From the sequence record SRR31147125_1466: 39,848 bases of DNA. One strand, given 5' to 3'. Made by a program: the position numbers and the translations under genes. Each line of letters begins with the position of its first letter. The stretch's first letter is position 1. The notes under the pieces are model-generated. The model saw only the letters and a list, made by a program, of their open reading frames with translations, was not told the origin of the DNA and did no database searches. Shown one piece after another: positions 37,955-39,848 of the stretch.

Positions 37955-39848
37955 TTATCTTGGATTTTTAATGTTTGCATGTGCTGCTGCAAGTCTAGCA
38001 ATTGGCACTCTAAATGGTGAACATGAAACATATGAAAGACCAATATTATGACAGAATTCAACTGACACTGGGTCTCCACCATGTTCTCCACAAATACCTA
38101 ATTTAATACCAGGTCTTGCTTGTTTACCTAGTCTTGCTGCCATTTCCATTAATTTACCAACACCACGTTGATCGATGTGTGCAAATGGATCGTTTTCAAA
38201 CACTTTCTTTTCATAATAATCAGCTAAGAATTTACCTGCATCATCACGAGAGAAACCAAAAGTCATTTGTGTTAAGTCATTTGTCCCAAAACTAAAGAAT
38301 TCAGCTTCTTGTGCAATTTCATCAGCAAGTAATGCTGCTCTTGGGATTTCAATCATTGTTCCTACATGATATGTAAGACCAGTTCCTGATGCTTTAATAA
38401 TTTCATTTGCTGTTTTAACAACTACTTCTTTAATATATCGTAATTCTCTAACTTCTCCAACAAGAGGAATCATAATTTCAGGAATGACATTTAATCCTTC
38501 TTTATTCACTGCAATCGCTGCTTCAATCACAGCTTTTGTTTGCATTTCCGCAATTTCAGGATATGTAATACTTAATCTTACCCCACGATGTCCTAACATT
38601 GGGTTACTTTCATGTAAATCAATAATGGTTTTTGTTAATTCACTAGATGCAATACCCATTTCTTTTGCAAGTGCGTTAATGTCATCTGTTTCAGTCGGTA
38701 AGAATTCATGTAATGGTGGATCAAGGTAACGAATGGTTACTGGGAATCCTTTCATTGCACGATATAATTCAATAAAGTCTGATTTTTGCATTGGTAATAT
38801 TTTTTCTAATGCTTTTTTACGTTCTTCTTGATTTTTTGCTGCAATCATTTCTCTGACTGCTGAAATTCTACCTTCCTCAAAGAACATATGTTCTGTACGG
38901 CATAAACCAATACCATGTGCGCCAAAGTCGTATGCGACTTTTGCATCTCTCGGGTTATCAGCATTTGCACGTACATCAAGTGATCTAAATTTATCAGCCC
39001 AAGTCATTAAAGTTTCAAAATCATCAGATAATGTAGCGTCCATGGTATCAACTTTTTCACCATAGACTTTACCAGTTGATCCATCTAATGAAATCCAATC
39101 TCCACGTTTAAATTCTTGGCCTTTAACTTCAAACACTTGTTCATCTTCATTAACATGTACTTCACCAGCACCTGCTACACAACATGTACCCATACCACGA
39201 GCAACTACTGCTGCATGAGAAGTCATACCACCACGTGCAGTTAAAATACCTGATGCTACAGCCATACCTTCAATATCTTCAGGAGAAGTTTCTTCTCTAA
39301 CTAAAATAACAGGTAGATCATCAGATTCAAATAATGCTTTTGCATCATCAGCAGTAAATACAACGCGACCAGTTGCTGCACCTGGAGATGCATTTAATCC
39401 GGTTGTAATTAAATTTGCTTTTTCTAGTGCTTGAGGATCAAATTGTGGATGAAGTAGTGAATCTAATTGTTTAGGTTCAACTTTCATCACAGCTTCTTTT
39501 TCAGATAATACACCTTCTTTAACAAGATCGATTGCAATTTTTAAAGCAGCTTGTGCTGTTCTTTTTCCATTTCTTGTTTGAAGCATAAAGAGTTTACCGC
39601 GTTCTATGGTAAATTCCATGTCTTGCATATCTCTATAATGTGCTTCTAATTTAGAAGCGATATCTTGAAAATCATCATATAATTTAGGATTATCTTTTTT
39701 AAGTTCTGAAATTGGTTTTGGTGTTCTAATTCCTGCAACAACATCTTCACCTTGAGCGTTAAATAAGTATTCGCCATAAAACTCTTTTTCGCCTGTTGAT
39801 GGATTTCTTGTAAATGCTACACCTGTACCAGAATCATCACCCATATTA
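37955..39848 (-). CDS. ppdK: pyruvate, phosphate dikinase, 5' part outside the window
   Basis: SGTGVAFTRNP, QGEDVVAGIRTP, GGMTSHAAVVARG (phospho-His), GIGLCRTEHMF, FSFGTNDLTQ, GICGEHGGDP. Confidence 0.97.
   Translation of the reverse strand, partial: NMGDDSGTGVAFTRNPSTGEKEFYGEYLFNAQGEDVVAGIRTPKPISELKKDNPKLYDDFQDIASKLEAHYRDMQDMEFTIERGKLFMLQTRNGKRTAQAALKIAIDLVKEGVLSEKEAVMKVEPKQLDSLLHPQFDPQALEKANLITTGLNASPGAATGRVVFTADDAKALFESDDLPVILVREETSPEDIEGMAVASGILTARGGMTSHAAVVARGMGTCCVAGAGEVHVNEDEQVFEVKGQEFKRGDWISLDGSTGKVYGEKVDTMDATLSDDFETLMTWADKFRSLDVRANADNPRDAKVAYDFGAHGIGLCRTEHMFFEEGRISAVREMIAAKNQEERKKALEKILPMQKSDFIELYRAMKGFPVTIRYLDPPLHEFLPTETDDINALAKEMGIASSELTKTIIDLHESNPMLGHRGVRLSITYPEIAEMQTKAVIEAAIAVNKEGLNVIPEIMIPLVGEVRELRYIKEVVVKTANEIIKASGTGLTYHVGTMIEIPRAALLADEIAQEAEFFSFGTNDLTQMTFGFSRDDAGKFLADYYEKKVFENDPFAHIDQRGVGKLMEMAARLGKQARPGIKLGICGEHGGDPVSVEFCHNIGLSYVSCSPFRVPIARLAAAHANIKNPR

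Noticed and set aside
1257..38729. Numerous 60-100 aa ORFs antisense to, or out of frame within, core genes
   Set aside because: They lie inside well-supported genes and show no recognisable motifs; expected by chance.
1..39848. CRISPR arrays, IS elements, prophage or defence genes
   Set aside because: No spaced repeats, transposase, integrase or nuclease-type genes were seen; the intergenic gaps are short and accounted for.

Overview
Low-GC chromosomal segment with almost all genes on the minus strand. TGG encodes Trp and TGA is used as a stop, and gene content (homodimeric GlyRS, PPDK) suggests an Acholeplasmataceae-like Mollicute; this taxonomy is an inference. It carries the conserved Firmicutes core block rsmE-rpsU-phoH-ybeY-cdd-era-recO-glyQS-dnaG-rpoD-trmK, secG, a MarR gene and a partial tRNA-Arg(UCU). 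It also has a ferric-siderophore-type ABC importer led by an hmoA-like gene missing from the ORF track, cysK-cysE, rlmD, L-serine dehydratase, an M32 carboxypeptidase, tandem mgtE genes, a ZIP transporter, a heterodimeric ABC exporter, a three-gene DUF2089/SHOCT-like module, pepT, uvrB with GDSL/GyrI/Sel1 genes, a Na/Pi symporter and partial ppdK. No mobile elements or CRISPR arrays were seen. The most notable points are (1) an apparent in-frame DnaG-RpoD fusion plus frameshifts in trmK and hmoA, all three at poly-A tracts that an A8 run would repair, so assembly error is the leading explanation and slippage the alternative; (2) the DUF2089/SHOCT operon with phased upstream repeats; (3) a non-Fur palindrome over the iron operon promoter.
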